Shown: piece after piece, positions 46,302-55,089 of the stretch
Layout of the letters: every line of letters begins with the position of its first letter
Position numbering within the stretch: the stretch's first letter is position 1
DNA from: Chlamydiota bacterium
GTDB taxonomy: Bacteria > Chlamydiota > Chlamydiia > Chlamydiales > Parachlamydiaceae
Length of the DNA stretch: 64,000 nt
NCBI GenBank assembly: GCA_013286645.1
Contig: JABDFJ010000004.1
Span: forward strand, 12 to 64,011
Reading direction: 5' to 3'
Translations under genes and position numbers: made by a program
The notes under the pieces: model-generated
Told to the model about the DNA's origin: nothing
The model's database searches: none
The model's input: only the letters and a program-made list of their open reading frames with translations

Positions 46302-47180
46302 ATGCAACGTCGATCATCACTCCCCAATTTAGGCATCGGCATAGGGCTGCGCATCCCGCACTATGAGGACATCTTTACACAACAGCCTAATATCGACTGG
46401 TTTGAAATCATCAGTGAAAATTTTATGGTTGATGGAGGCAAGCCACTCGAAAATCTACATCGCATACTCGAAAGATATCCCGTCGTACAGCATGGAGTAT
46501 CTTTAGCTATAGGCAGTCCAGATCCCCTCGATTTTGAATATCTCAAGCAACTCAAAGCCCTGACCAAAATTACTAAGACTCCATGGGTTTCCGACCATCT
46601 ATGTTGGGGACGGCTTCCTGGGGCACATTATCACGATTTACTTCCCTTGCCCTATACAAAAGAAGTCATCAACTATGTAGCTGAGCGTGCCCGCATTGTA
46701 CAAGATTATCTCGAATTGCCATTTGCCCTCGAAAACTTATCTTCATATGTCGCCTTCCGTAAGGATGAAATGACTGAATGGGAATTTTATAGCGCCGTCG
46801 TAGAAAAAGCTGACATCTTTATGATGCTCGATGTAAACAACATTTATGTCTCTAGTCGCAATCACGGTTTCGACCCCAAGGAATATTATACAAACATCCC
46901 TCTCGACCGCGTGATACAAATCCATCTCGCTGGGCATAGCGATTATGATGCTTATGTTTTAGACACACATGATAACTATGTTAGAGATGAAGTGTGGAAG
47001 ATCTATGCCGACGTTTACCCTCTTACAGGAGGGGTATCGACATTACTCGAATGGGATGATAAATTCATTAGCTTCCAAGACACCTGGGATGAAGCCCTTA
47101 AAGCCAAACAATTCCAACAAGATATCCATCAGCGTCATCCTCATTTAGCTAAAGCTGGTTTGCAGGAGCTATGCAAATGA
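46302..47180 (+). CDS. DUF692/UPF0276 protein = multinuclear non-heme iron oxidase (MNIO; MbnB/BufB/HvfB family)
   Basis: LGIGIGLRIPHYEDIF, IDWFEIISENFM, HGVSLAIGS, WVSDHLCW, PFALENLSSYV, LDVNNIYVSSRNHGFDP and IHLAGH follow the conserved order of DUF692 TIM-barrel proteins. Start set at ATG 46302. Confidence 0.85.
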   Translation: MQRRSSLPNLGIGIGLRIPHYEDIFTQQPNIDWFEIISENFMVDGGKPLENLHRILERYPVVQHGVSLAIGSPDPLDFEYLKQLKALTKITKTPWVSDHLCWGRLPGAHYHDLLPLPYTKEVINYVAERARIVQDYLELPFALENLSSYVAFRKDEMTEWEFYSAVVEKADIFMMLDVNNIYVSSRNHGFDPKEYYTNIPLDRVIQIHLAGHSDYDAYVLDTHDNYVRDEVWKIYADVYPLTGGVSTLLEWDDKFISFQDTWDEALKAKQFQQDIHQRHPHLAKAGLQELCK

Positions 47181-48076
47181 CCTATGATGCTAAAGTACCC
47201 ACACTTTTGAAGCGCGAGCAACAGTGGTTTGGAGGTATCATCGGACGCCCTATCGATGAAGATAGCCGCATGAACCCCATCGCCCCTTCTGGCGAACCTA
47301 TGGAAATAGAAGCAGCGGACCATATTGCACCCAGTCCCACACTGAGACCTGCGCAACGCATCCAAATATACAACCAACAATACTGGTGGCGTCTGCTCAA
47401 TACATTGCATGATTCTTTTCCCATGCTTACGCGTCTATTTGGTTATTATGATTTCAACAAAACCATTGGCATTCCCTATTTAGTCAAAAATCCACCACAC
47501 CATTGGTCGTTGAATTTATTAGGAGATCATTTATTGCAATGGCTAGAAGGCTGCTATCATGCTAAAGACAAAAAACTCGTATGCAATGCTGCCCATTTAG
47601 ATTGGGCCTTCAGCCATAGCTTTGTGGCAGGGCAACGCCCTCCTATCACCGTTGAGCAGCTATCAAATGCTGAAGAGAGAGAACAAATCTTAAGCCAAAC
47701 CATTTATTTACAGCCCCATATCCACTTATTTCAGATGGAACACCATCTGTTTAATTTTAGAAACGAATTTTTAAAAGAAAATCCTGAATATTGGCTGACA
47801 AATGATTTCCCCAAACTTGAACGCGACAAAACTTATCTCTTCATTCTATACCGCAATGCAAAAAAAGATATTTCATGGAAAGAAATCTCTCTTGGAGAAT
47901 ATCATTTGCTAAGCTTCTTCAAGCAGGGAGCGACAATAGAAAACGCATGTGATTGGCTTGAAAAACAAGACGACACCTTGTGCGAAGAAGCCACGAACAA
48001 TTTACAACTATGGTTCCAAGAATGGTCCCAGCGGGGATGGCTTTCTCTTTCCCCATCACTTACACCCGCCTTATGA
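47171..48076 (+). CDS. DUF2063-domain protein (MbnC/BufC/HvfC-like MNIO partner)
   Basis: IQIYNQQYWWRLLNTLHDSFPMLTRLFGYYDFNKTIGIPYLVKNPPHHWSLNLLGDHLLQWL fits the DUF2063 N-terminal helical domain pattern. It overlaps the MNIO gene by 10 nt. Confidence 0.75.
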   Translation: MQMTYDAKVPTLLKREQQWFGGIIGRPIDEDSRMNPIAPSGEPMEIEAADHIAPSPTLRPAQRIQIYNQQYWWRLLNTLHDSFPMLTRLFGYYDFNKTIGIPYLVKNPPHHWSLNLLGDHLLQWLEGCYHAKDKKLVCNAAHLDWAFSHSFVAGQRPPITVEQLSNAEEREQILSQTIYLQPHIHLFQMEHHLFNFRNEFLKENPEYWLTNDFPKLERDKTYLFILYRNAKKDISWKEISLGEYHLLSFFKQGATIENACDWLEKQDDTLCEEATNNLQLWFQEWSQRGWLSLSPSLTPAL

Positions 48077-49317
48077 CACCTCGTGAAGCCGCATATTGCG
48101 CCCTATTAGCCTCATTACGCCAGGAAAACTTCATCACCCATTCGCTTGAAGCATGGCAACAAAAACATCATCCCTCCTCACTAGACTTTGCCTTCGCCCT
48201 AGAAATAGCCTCTGGCTCTGCTCGTATGGCTCTTGCTTTAGACCATATTGCCGCACAACTTTCTACCCATCAAAAACTGTCACTCAAATTGAAAGAGCGC
48301 GCTCTATTGCGTACCGCCATTTATCAACATTACTACATGGATAAAGTGCCCCTTTACGCCATTGTCAATGAAACCATCAACATCGGTAAAAAATATTGTC
48401 ATCGCACATTTGTCAGTTACCTCAATGCCATGCTGCGACAATTAAATGTCATATCACCGACCCTCCCAACTGGTGACTCTACACATAATTTAAGTGTCCG
48501 CTATTCCTATCCTGAATATTTTGTCCAGCAGCTAGTGAAAGACTATGGACAAGCAACCACCATCGACATCCTCAATGCTGGCAATCAACGTCCTGTCACC
48601 ATGGTGCGGTTACGTCCCGGTATGCATTTAGAAGGAGATGCCTTTAGACAACTTACCCCTCTTAAACACGCCGAGCTTCCCGTCGCGATTTGCTATTTGC
48701 AAAATGTTATGATTGACATAGCAGCTTCTCCAGGGTGTTACATCCAAAATGCCACACCAGCCACATTAATTGCCGATTTAGCCCAGCTGAGTCCGACGCC
48801 CCAACGCATTTTAGATTTATGTGCCTCGCCTGGAGGCAAATTACTTGCAGCCCACGATGCCTTCCCTCAAGCTACTTTGTACGCCAATGATATCTCTCCC
48901 GATAAACTGCAACGCCTCACACAAAATCTAATCAAATATAAAACATCGGCCCAATTGTCGTGTGGACAAGGAGAAGATTACCCCACCAACGAACAATTTG
49001 ATATCGTCATTTTAGATGTACCTTGCAGCAATAGTGGTGTGTTAAACAAACGTTCAGAGGCACGCTGGCGCTTAACACCGGAAGCCTTGCAACAATTAAA
49101 GTTAACACAGCAAAAACTGTTAGCACACGCCTCCAAATTGATCAACAAAGAGGGTGTGCTTTGGTATCTAACGTGCAGTATTCTTAAAGAGGAAAACGAA
49201 CAGCTGCTAGCAGCGTTTTGTCAGCAGCATGCCATGAGAATAACCTATTCCCGCACCGTCTTGCCCAATGTGGAAGGATGGGATGGAGGCTATGCTTGCT
49301 TATTGCAAAAAAGCTAA
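48073..49317 (+). CDS. rsmB: 16S rRNA m5C methyltransferase (RsmB/Sun family)
   Basis: NusB-like N-terminal domain, SAM site DLCASPGGKLL, and catalytic ILDVPCSNSGVL and TCSI. ATG 48073 overlaps the DUF2063 stop (ATGA). Confidence 0.8.
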   Translation: MTPREAAYCALLASLRQENFITHSLEAWQQKHHPSSLDFAFALEIASGSARMALALDHIAAQLSTHQKLSLKLKERALLRTAIYQHYYMDKVPLYAIVNETINIGKKYCHRTFVSYLNAMLRQLNVISPTLPTGDSTHNLSVRYSYPEYFVQQLVKDYGQATTIDILNAGNQRPVTMVRLRPGMHLEGDAFRQLTPLKHAELPVAICYLQNVMIDIAASPGCYIQNATPATLIADLAQLSPTPQRILDLCASPGGKLLAAHDAFPQATLYANDISPDKLQRLTQNLIKYKTSAQLSCGQGEDYPTNEQFDIVILDVPCSNSGVLNKRSEARWRLTPEALQQLKLTQQKLLAHASKLINKEGVLWYLTCSILKEENEQLLAAFCQQHAMRITYSRTVLPNVEGWDGGYACLLQKS

Positions 49318-49862
49318 CAACAGCAGCCAGTGCTTGATACGGGCTTTTGTTGGCTTGGCGGCAAGGCTATCGCACTGATCAGGCGTCCTCCCAAATCCTT
49401 GACTATGCCAACCGCTTCACGACCGATCCACAATCCAAGAAATAAACCACAAAAAGGCACATAAAATTGAGGATCATGGCGCATGTGAGCCCCTATGAAG
49501 GTAGCTGTGGCAACAGTGCCGATTTCAGAAGGGAAGCGCATTCCGGAAAGAAAATCCATATAACCTTGCGCACACACAGGTTTGCTTTCCCCTGCTGGAA
49601 ATAGAGGCTTCTTTAACCAAGAGCAGGAGAAGGCATATCCTCCACCAACGATAATACCTAAACCTAGACTGACACCAAAATGCATAGGGGCAATCCATGC
49701 CGCAAAGATGCCGATAGCAACGCGACAGATGCGGTCAATAATCTTAAGCCAGGGCGATGCCTTGGAGGTTGGCTGACAACAACTAGTTTGATTTACGTCC
49801 GCCACAGGTTCCTTGGGTGCTACGAGTGCAGCGGGTGCAACAACAACAGAAGATAAATGCAT
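49314..49862 (-). CDS. Hypothetical membrane protein with Cys-rich termini
   Basis: GAGAGG Shine-Dalgarno. Two paired hydrophobic segments (VAIGIFAAWIAPMHFGVSLGLGIIVGGGYAF and VPFCGLFLGLWIG). SCC near the N-terminus and GCCC at the C-terminus. Confidence 0.45.
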   Translation of the reverse strand: MHLSSVVVAPAALVAPKEPVADVNQTSCCQPTSKASPWLKIIDRICRVAIGIFAAWIAPMHFGVSLGLGIIVGGGYAFSCSWLKKPLFPAGESKPVCAQGYMDFLSGMRFPSEIGTVATATFIGAHMRHDPQFYVPFCGLFLGLWIGREAVGIVKDLGGRLISAIALPPSQQKPVSSTGCCC

Positions 49863-50021
49863 GATGATAAACCTCTCATATTATGCTTAAGACACTATTA
49901 AAAAAATAAGTTTTTGTAAAGTCTTAAGATAAATTTGGAGCTTGCAATATGACCTTCAGAATTTTATATTCAATCATGTCGAAAAGAAACAATACTCACT
50001 GCACCCTAACCACAGCCTATC

Positions 50022-50774
50022 ATGCTCTATAAACGTCATCATGAGTTACATTGGCTTGAATTCGAACTGCTGGCCGATTGTCCAATCATTCACGGATCGT
50101 TTCTACGCCATGGAGGAACAAGCACAGGCCCCTTAGGCAGTCTCAATCTAGGCAAAAGTAGAGGCGATCTACCTGAAAATGTTAGTGCAAACATAAAAAA
50201 AGTTGCCGATACCCTCTCTTTACCCGATATACTCTCGGCTAGAATCTGTCACGGTGACGCCATCACGGCGGTCAATAACGCTCACCTAATCCCTCCCATG
50301 AGCGATGGATTGTCCACCAGCACACCCCATTTAGGCCTGATGGTTACCCAAGCCGATTGCCAAGCAGCCATCTTCTATGACCCTATCCGCCATGCTTTAG
50401 CGAATGTCCATTGTGGCTGGAGGGGCAATGTACAAAATATCTATGCCGCTACAGTGAATCACATGCAGCAAGTCTATGGCTCCATGCCTGCCGATCTCAT
50501 CGTGTGTATTTCGCCAAGTTTAGGACCCGATAGCTCCCAGTTCATTAACTATAAAGAGGAATTGCCTGCCGATTTTTGTGCTTTCCAAATCAAAGCCGAA
50601 TATTTTGACCTGTGGGCAATTAGTGAATGGCAACTTACAACAGCTGGCATACTCCCACACCACATTCAAATTGCCCGCATAGACACTTTTGCCCATCCAG
50701 CAGACTACTTTTCTCACCGCCGTAACCCTCAGTGCGGCCGTCAGGCTACGATCTGTGCTTTGCGAACAAGATGA
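50022..50774 (+). CDS. pgeF: YfiH/PgeF-family (laccase-domain) protein
   Basis: HGD..., GLMVTQADCQAAIFYDP and HCGWRG motifs in the canonical order. Confidence 0.8.
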   Translation: MLYKRHHELHWLEFELLADCPIIHGSFLRHGGTSTGPLGSLNLGKSRGDLPENVSANIKKVADTLSLPDILSARICHGDAITAVNNAHLIPPMSDGLSTSTPHLGLMVTQADCQAAIFYDPIRHALANVHCGWRGNVQNIYAATVNHMQQVYGSMPADLIVCISPSLGPDSSQFINYKEELPADFCAFQIKAEYFDLWAISEWQLTTAGILPHHIQIARIDTFAHPADYFSHRRNPQCGRQATICALRTR

Positions 50775-50841
50775 CTCAAGAAATTATTTTCAATTTAATA
50801 CTTCACGCATTAGACTGCAAGTTTACCACACAGGAGGATCT

Positions 50842-51162
50842 ATGCAAAAGCTATCCCTTTGCAGTTTACTATTGGGTTTCTGTTTCTTGCACACCCAAAC
50901 CGTGCAAGCTGATTGGGTCAATGGGTATTATGTTGAGCCAGCACCTGCTGTGGTTGTCGAACCTGCCCCTGTAGTAGTCGCAGAACCTGCTCCTGTTGTT
51001 GTGAGCGGTGGATATTACGGCGGCGCCGTATGGGGAAATGATCATTGGCATGGTTATCATGATGGCCATTATTCCTATCACTATGATAACTACCATTATG
51101 ATGATCATCATCATTATGGTAATGAGTATCATGGGGAAAGAGAAGGCGGCCACCGACGATAA
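50842..51162 (+). CDS. Small secreted His/Tyr-rich protein (106 aa)
   Basis: AGGAGG Shine-Dalgarno. Signal peptide MQKLSLCSLLLGFCFLHTQTVQA. Three EPAPxVV repeats, then HWHGYHDGHYSYHYDNYHYDDHHHYGNEYHGEREGGHRR. Confidence 0.5.
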   Translation: MQKLSLCSLLLGFCFLHTQTVQADWVNGYYVEPAPAVVVEPAPVVVAEPAPVVVSGGYYGGAVWGNDHWHGYHDGHYSYHYDNYHYDDHHHYGNEYHGEREGGHRR

Positions 51163-51267
51163 GCTAGCAGAAAACATGCACTTCTCAGTTTCTTGCAATT
51201 TAATTCTTTTTTTTGTATAATCTCTCTTATTTTATATTACACAACACACTTTTATTGCAGGTTTATC

Positions 51268-52350
51268 ATGTTGTTACTTGTTTGTGCTTTACTTCCCATT
51301 CTTTGCTTAAGCACTATTAATTCAATTAACGCACACACAGAAACATCGCCTGCCATCATAAAAAGTGAATGGATTAGCCCTCCCCTAACGAACTTCGACT
51401 GTCATGGTTCTAGCTTACTTGAAACGACTCCTGGATCTCTCTGCGCTGTCTGGAAAGGGGGTCCAGGGAAAGGGAAATGCAACTTTGAGATGACCCAAAA
51501 TGTGGGCATCTGGTTGTCCAATTACCAACAAGGACAATGGTCAGAACCACAGCAGATCATCCAATCCCCCAACAGTGTCACCTGGACTCCTATCTTAAGT
51601 AAATTGCCCTCCGGCGAGCTTCTCCTATTTTATCGCCTTGGACCATTCCCTTGGCAATCTATTTCTCTCCTCAAACGCTCTATAGATGATGGAAAAACCT
51701 GGAGTGCTCCCGAAGTCTTAAGCTCAGGCATCATAGGACCTACCCGTTCTTCGCCGCTTATTGATGCCAATGGAATGATGATCTGCGGCTCCTCATCAGA
51801 AAACGGCTCTCCTGATGATGAGTTCAAATCTACCGCTTGTTGGATTGAAATGTCTTCGGATGGAAATCACTGGACAAAGCATGGTCCTTTGGAATTACCC
51901 GGCAAAAAATTCGGTGTGATTGAGCCCACCTTATTCCACGATGTTCAGGGAAACCTCAGGATGTTATGCCGCGATCGTGCACATCGCGTCGGGGAAGAGG
52001 GGTGGATCCAGATGGCGACCTCTTTTGATGGAGGAAAAAGCTGGACACCATTCGAAAAGACTTCGTTACCCAATCCAGATGCAGCTTTTGATAGCGTCGA
52101 TTTAGGCCAAGGCAGAGTCTTGTTAGTCTACAATCATTCCCACAAAAATCGCTTCCCATTAAGTGTAGCGCTCACTACAGATGGTGGTGACACATGGGCA
52201 CCTATTCTAACATTAGAAAATACGTCTGGTGAATTTCCTTCCCTATGCCTTGCCGCTGATGGGATGGTGCACATGTGTTATTCCTCGATCCCCGCAGGAG
52301 CCACGCAAAGACGTATCAAGCATGTCGTTCTAGATCCAGCGCGTCTGTAG
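51268..52350 (+). CDS. BNR/Asp-box repeat protein (sialidase-like), exported
   Basis: Asp-boxes DDGKTWSAP, SSDGNHWTKH, SFDGGKSWTPF and TTDGGDTWAPI. Signal peptide from ATG 51268. Confidence 0.75.
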   Translation: MLLLVCALLPILCLSTINSINAHTETSPAIIKSEWISPPLTNFDCHGSSLLETTPGSLCAVWKGGPGKGKCNFEMTQNVGIWLSNYQQGQWSEPQQIIQSPNSVTWTPILSKLPSGELLLFYRLGPFPWQSISLLKRSIDDGKTWSAPEVLSSGIIGPTRSSPLIDANGMMICGSSSENGSPDDEFKSTACWIEMSSDGNHWTKHGPLELPGKKFGVIEPTLFHDVQGNLRMLCRDRAHRVGEEGWIQMATSFDGGKSWTPFEKTSLPNPDAAFDSVDLGQGRVLLVYNHSHKNRFPLSVALTTDGGDTWAPILTLENTSGEFPSLCLAADGMVHMCYSSIPAGATQRRIKHVVLDPARL

Positions 52351-52452
52351 AATCATTGGGGTCAGGCATGTGATTATGTGATTTGAGCGGGAAAAAGCCC
52401 CTCGCCATCAATGGTCCTCAAATCGCAAAATCGCATGCCTGACCCCAATGAT
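52351..52452. repeat. Family-E palindromic element, copy 3, between convergent genes (likely bidirectional terminator)
   Basis: aatcattggggtcaggcatgtgattatgtgatttgag...ctcaaatcgcaaaatcgcatgcctgaccccaatgat. Confidence 0.8.
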
Positions 52453-52467
52453 GCTGCCCCCAATTTA

Positions 52468-53820
52468 TTACACACTATTAGAAAGCTTACTTTTGAGGGC
52501 CTGCAGATCGACCTCCTCCACGTTTGTAATATGCTTACAAATCTCCATTAGCAATTGATCTTGCCTACGTCCTTTAACAAGCGCTTCAGTATAAGGCATG
52601 CAACTAAAGGTCACCATCGAATATTTCGACAAGAATTCTTCAGGGTAAGCGGCTTCTAGAGCACCCTCTAACTTGCTTTTCAGCTTAAACAGCGGATCGC
52701 TAACCCTTTCGCGTAGCTCAACAAAGTTATCAAAGGAAAGCTCAGCAATAGCATCTGTATTTGCCCTTCGCCCTTGCTCATAAGCATGGAATATCAAATC
52801 CCACTTCCCCGCATGTTCATCAATACAACGACTAAGAAAGGCACAGTTCTCAAATCCACAATTCAAACCTTGACCATAGAATGGAACAATACCATGTGCA
52901 GCATCACCTATTAACAAGATTTTGTTTTGAAAGGACCATGGATCGATTTTCACCGTCGTCAAGCGCCCCACAGGATACTCAATCATTTGTCTAAAGAAAT
53001 CTTTCATTAAAGGCAGAGCATCGCTAAACTCGCGTTGAAAGAACGCAACAGCCGCATCCTGCTGCTTGAGATGTGCAAAGCTCCTTTCTCCCTCGTGGGG
53101 TAAAAAAAGTGTGCAGGTAAAAGAACCATCAGGATTTGGCAAGGCGACCATTAAATGCCCACCTCTTGGCCACAAATGTAAAGCATTTTTTTCCAGCAGG
53201 TGACCTTGTGACGCAGGAATCGTCAACTCTTTATAATCGTAATCAAGGTGTTGTTGCGAAAAATTAGTGTAGGGCACACGCAAAAGAGAGGTGCGGATCG
53301 CCGACCACATCCCTTCTGCACCAAAAGTAATCGATAAAGGTCTTTTATGCATTAATTTTGAACGCATATTTTGGAAAAGAATTGTCTGTGCTTTAAGATC
53401 AATACCCAAGCAATTTTCGTTATAATGAAATCTGATATTAGAGTTCATTGCAGCTTCATCTAATAATACTTTATTTAGCTCCATCCGAGTGATTGAATAA
53501 ATCAAACGATCTGCACGTGGACTATATGGAATGAAATGCTGCCGTGCATCTTTATCGTGCACGAGGCGCCCTTTCATCTGCACAGCATGTGGCAAGAGCT
53601 GTTTATTCACACCTACCTCATTGAGTGCACAAAGACCGCGTGTTGATAGAGCCAAATTGATAGAGCGCCCTTCAGGCTCCATATGAGAGCGAGGATCCCC
53701 TCTCTTTTCAAACACATCGACACTGTATCCTTTTTTTGCCAAATGAAGCGCTAAAAGAGTACCCACAGGGCCTCCTCCGACAATTGTGAGCTCTTCTTTG
53801 ACACCATGATTTGTTTTCAC
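52468..53820 (-). CDS. kmo: Kynurenine 3-monooxygenase (FAD-dependent)
   Basis: [28 protein letters not shown] dinucleotide fold, [23 protein letters not shown]-like motif, ~450 aa. GTG start overlaps the kynU stop (GTGA). Confidence 0.8.
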   Translation of the reverse strand: [450 protein letters not shown]

Positions 53821-55082
53821 TTGTCAGCCTCTTGTTTTAAAAATCGGTAGAGTTCATAGACGTCACTAAAGGTGTTATATAAAGGCACAGGTGCAATACG
53901 AAGACGATTGGGAGGACGTAAATCACAGATAAAACCGGCACACTTAAGGCGTTCCAATAGATCTCCTGCTTGATGTTTGACTAAAAGCGTCAATTGGCAC
54001 CCTCTTTCTGAAGCTTGTTGGGGCGTTATCACCGATAAATTTGGATGATCCACAGCATTAACGAGGAATTCTAGATACCCTGTTAGCCGGATACTTTTTT
54101 CACGCAAACGCTTCATTCCTGCTTGTTGAAAAATATCTAATGAGGCTCTTAGGCAAGCTAAAGATAATATCGAAGGATTACTCAACTGCCACCCTTCGGC
54201 ACCTTCAATGGGCTTAAACTCGAGATTATTCATAAACCGGGTCTGTAATTCATGCCCCCACCACCCTGCAAGCCTTGGCAAATCATCCTTATGATGCTTT
54301 TGATGAACAAAACACCCTCCGATAGTGCCAGGACCTCCATTAAGATATTTATAGGAACACCAAACTGCAAAGTCCACTTGATCCTCATGCAATGTCAACT
54401 CTCGATTTCCCATTGCATGTGCAAGATCGAATCCAACGACACATCCTTGTTGATGTGCCATCTTAGTAATATGAGCAATATCAAAGGCTTGTCCACTGTA
54501 ATAATTGATCGCTTCCATCATGACAAGCGCGATGGATGCACCTTCGTTGTGCAAAATTGTATCTATCTCTTCAGCAGGTACAATCCCTTTGTTAGAAGCC
54601 GGCAGCACCACAATTGCCTTGGCTGGATCTAAACCATGGAATTTTACTACGGAACAAAGGGCATAATAATCCGATGGAAATAGATTGGCATTAATGAGAA
54701 TCTTATACCTTGTAGCTGTGGGACGATAAAAGGAGACGAGCATCAAATGCAAATTCACCGTTAAACTATTCATAAAGACAACTTCGGTGGGCTTCCCTCC
54801 TATTAAATCAGCGGCCTTATCTGTTAATAACTGCTGGTAGAGAATCCATGGAGAACCATTTTGATGGTGTCCTTCAACACCTAAATATTTCCATGTCTCC
54901 AGCTCTTTCATAACATATGGAACGACATCTTTAGGTTGGGCTCCAAGTGAATTGCCTGTGAAATAATGTGTATCTTGTCCATTACTTTGCTTTGGAATAT
55001 AAAACTTATCCCTGAAGTCTCGCAACACATCCTTTTGATCTTGCAGCAACGCATAGTCTGCATCTAAAGCATAGCTTTCCAT
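53817..55082 (-). CDS. kynU: Kynureninase (PLP-dependent)
   Basis: FYIP...YFTGNSLGAQPK..., ...FAVWCSYKYLNGGPG... (PLP-Lys region), ...RLAGWWGH.... Start moved to ATG 55082. Confidence 0.85.
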   Translation of the reverse strand: MESYALDADYALLQDQKDVLRDFRDKFYIPKQSNGQDTHYFTGNSLGAQPKDVVPYVMKELETWKYLGVEGHHQNGSPWILYQQLLTDKAADLIGGKPTEVVFMNSLTVNLHLMLVSFYRPTATRYKILINANLFPSDYYALCSVVKFHGLDPAKAIVVLPASNKGIVPAEEIDTILHNEGASIALVMMEAINYYSGQAFDIAHITKMAHQQGCVVGFDLAHAMGNRELTLHEDQVDFAVWCSYKYLNGGPGTIGGCFVHQKHHKDDLPRLAGWWGHELQTRFMNNLEFKPIEGAEGWQLSNPSILSLACLRASLDIFQQAGMKRLREKSIRLTGYLEFLVNAVDHPNLSVITPQQASERGCQLTLLVKHQAGDLLERLKCAGFICDLRPPNRLRIAPVPLYNTFSDVYELYRFLKQEADK

Positions 55083-55089
55083 CGCACAC

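Noticed and set aside
48073-49317. The RsmB-like enzyme as a RiPP-tailoring methyltransferase of the MNIO locus
   Set aside because: It has the NusB-like RNA-binding N-domain and both catalytic Cys motifs of m5C rRNA methyltransferases. A housekeeping role is the simpler explanation.
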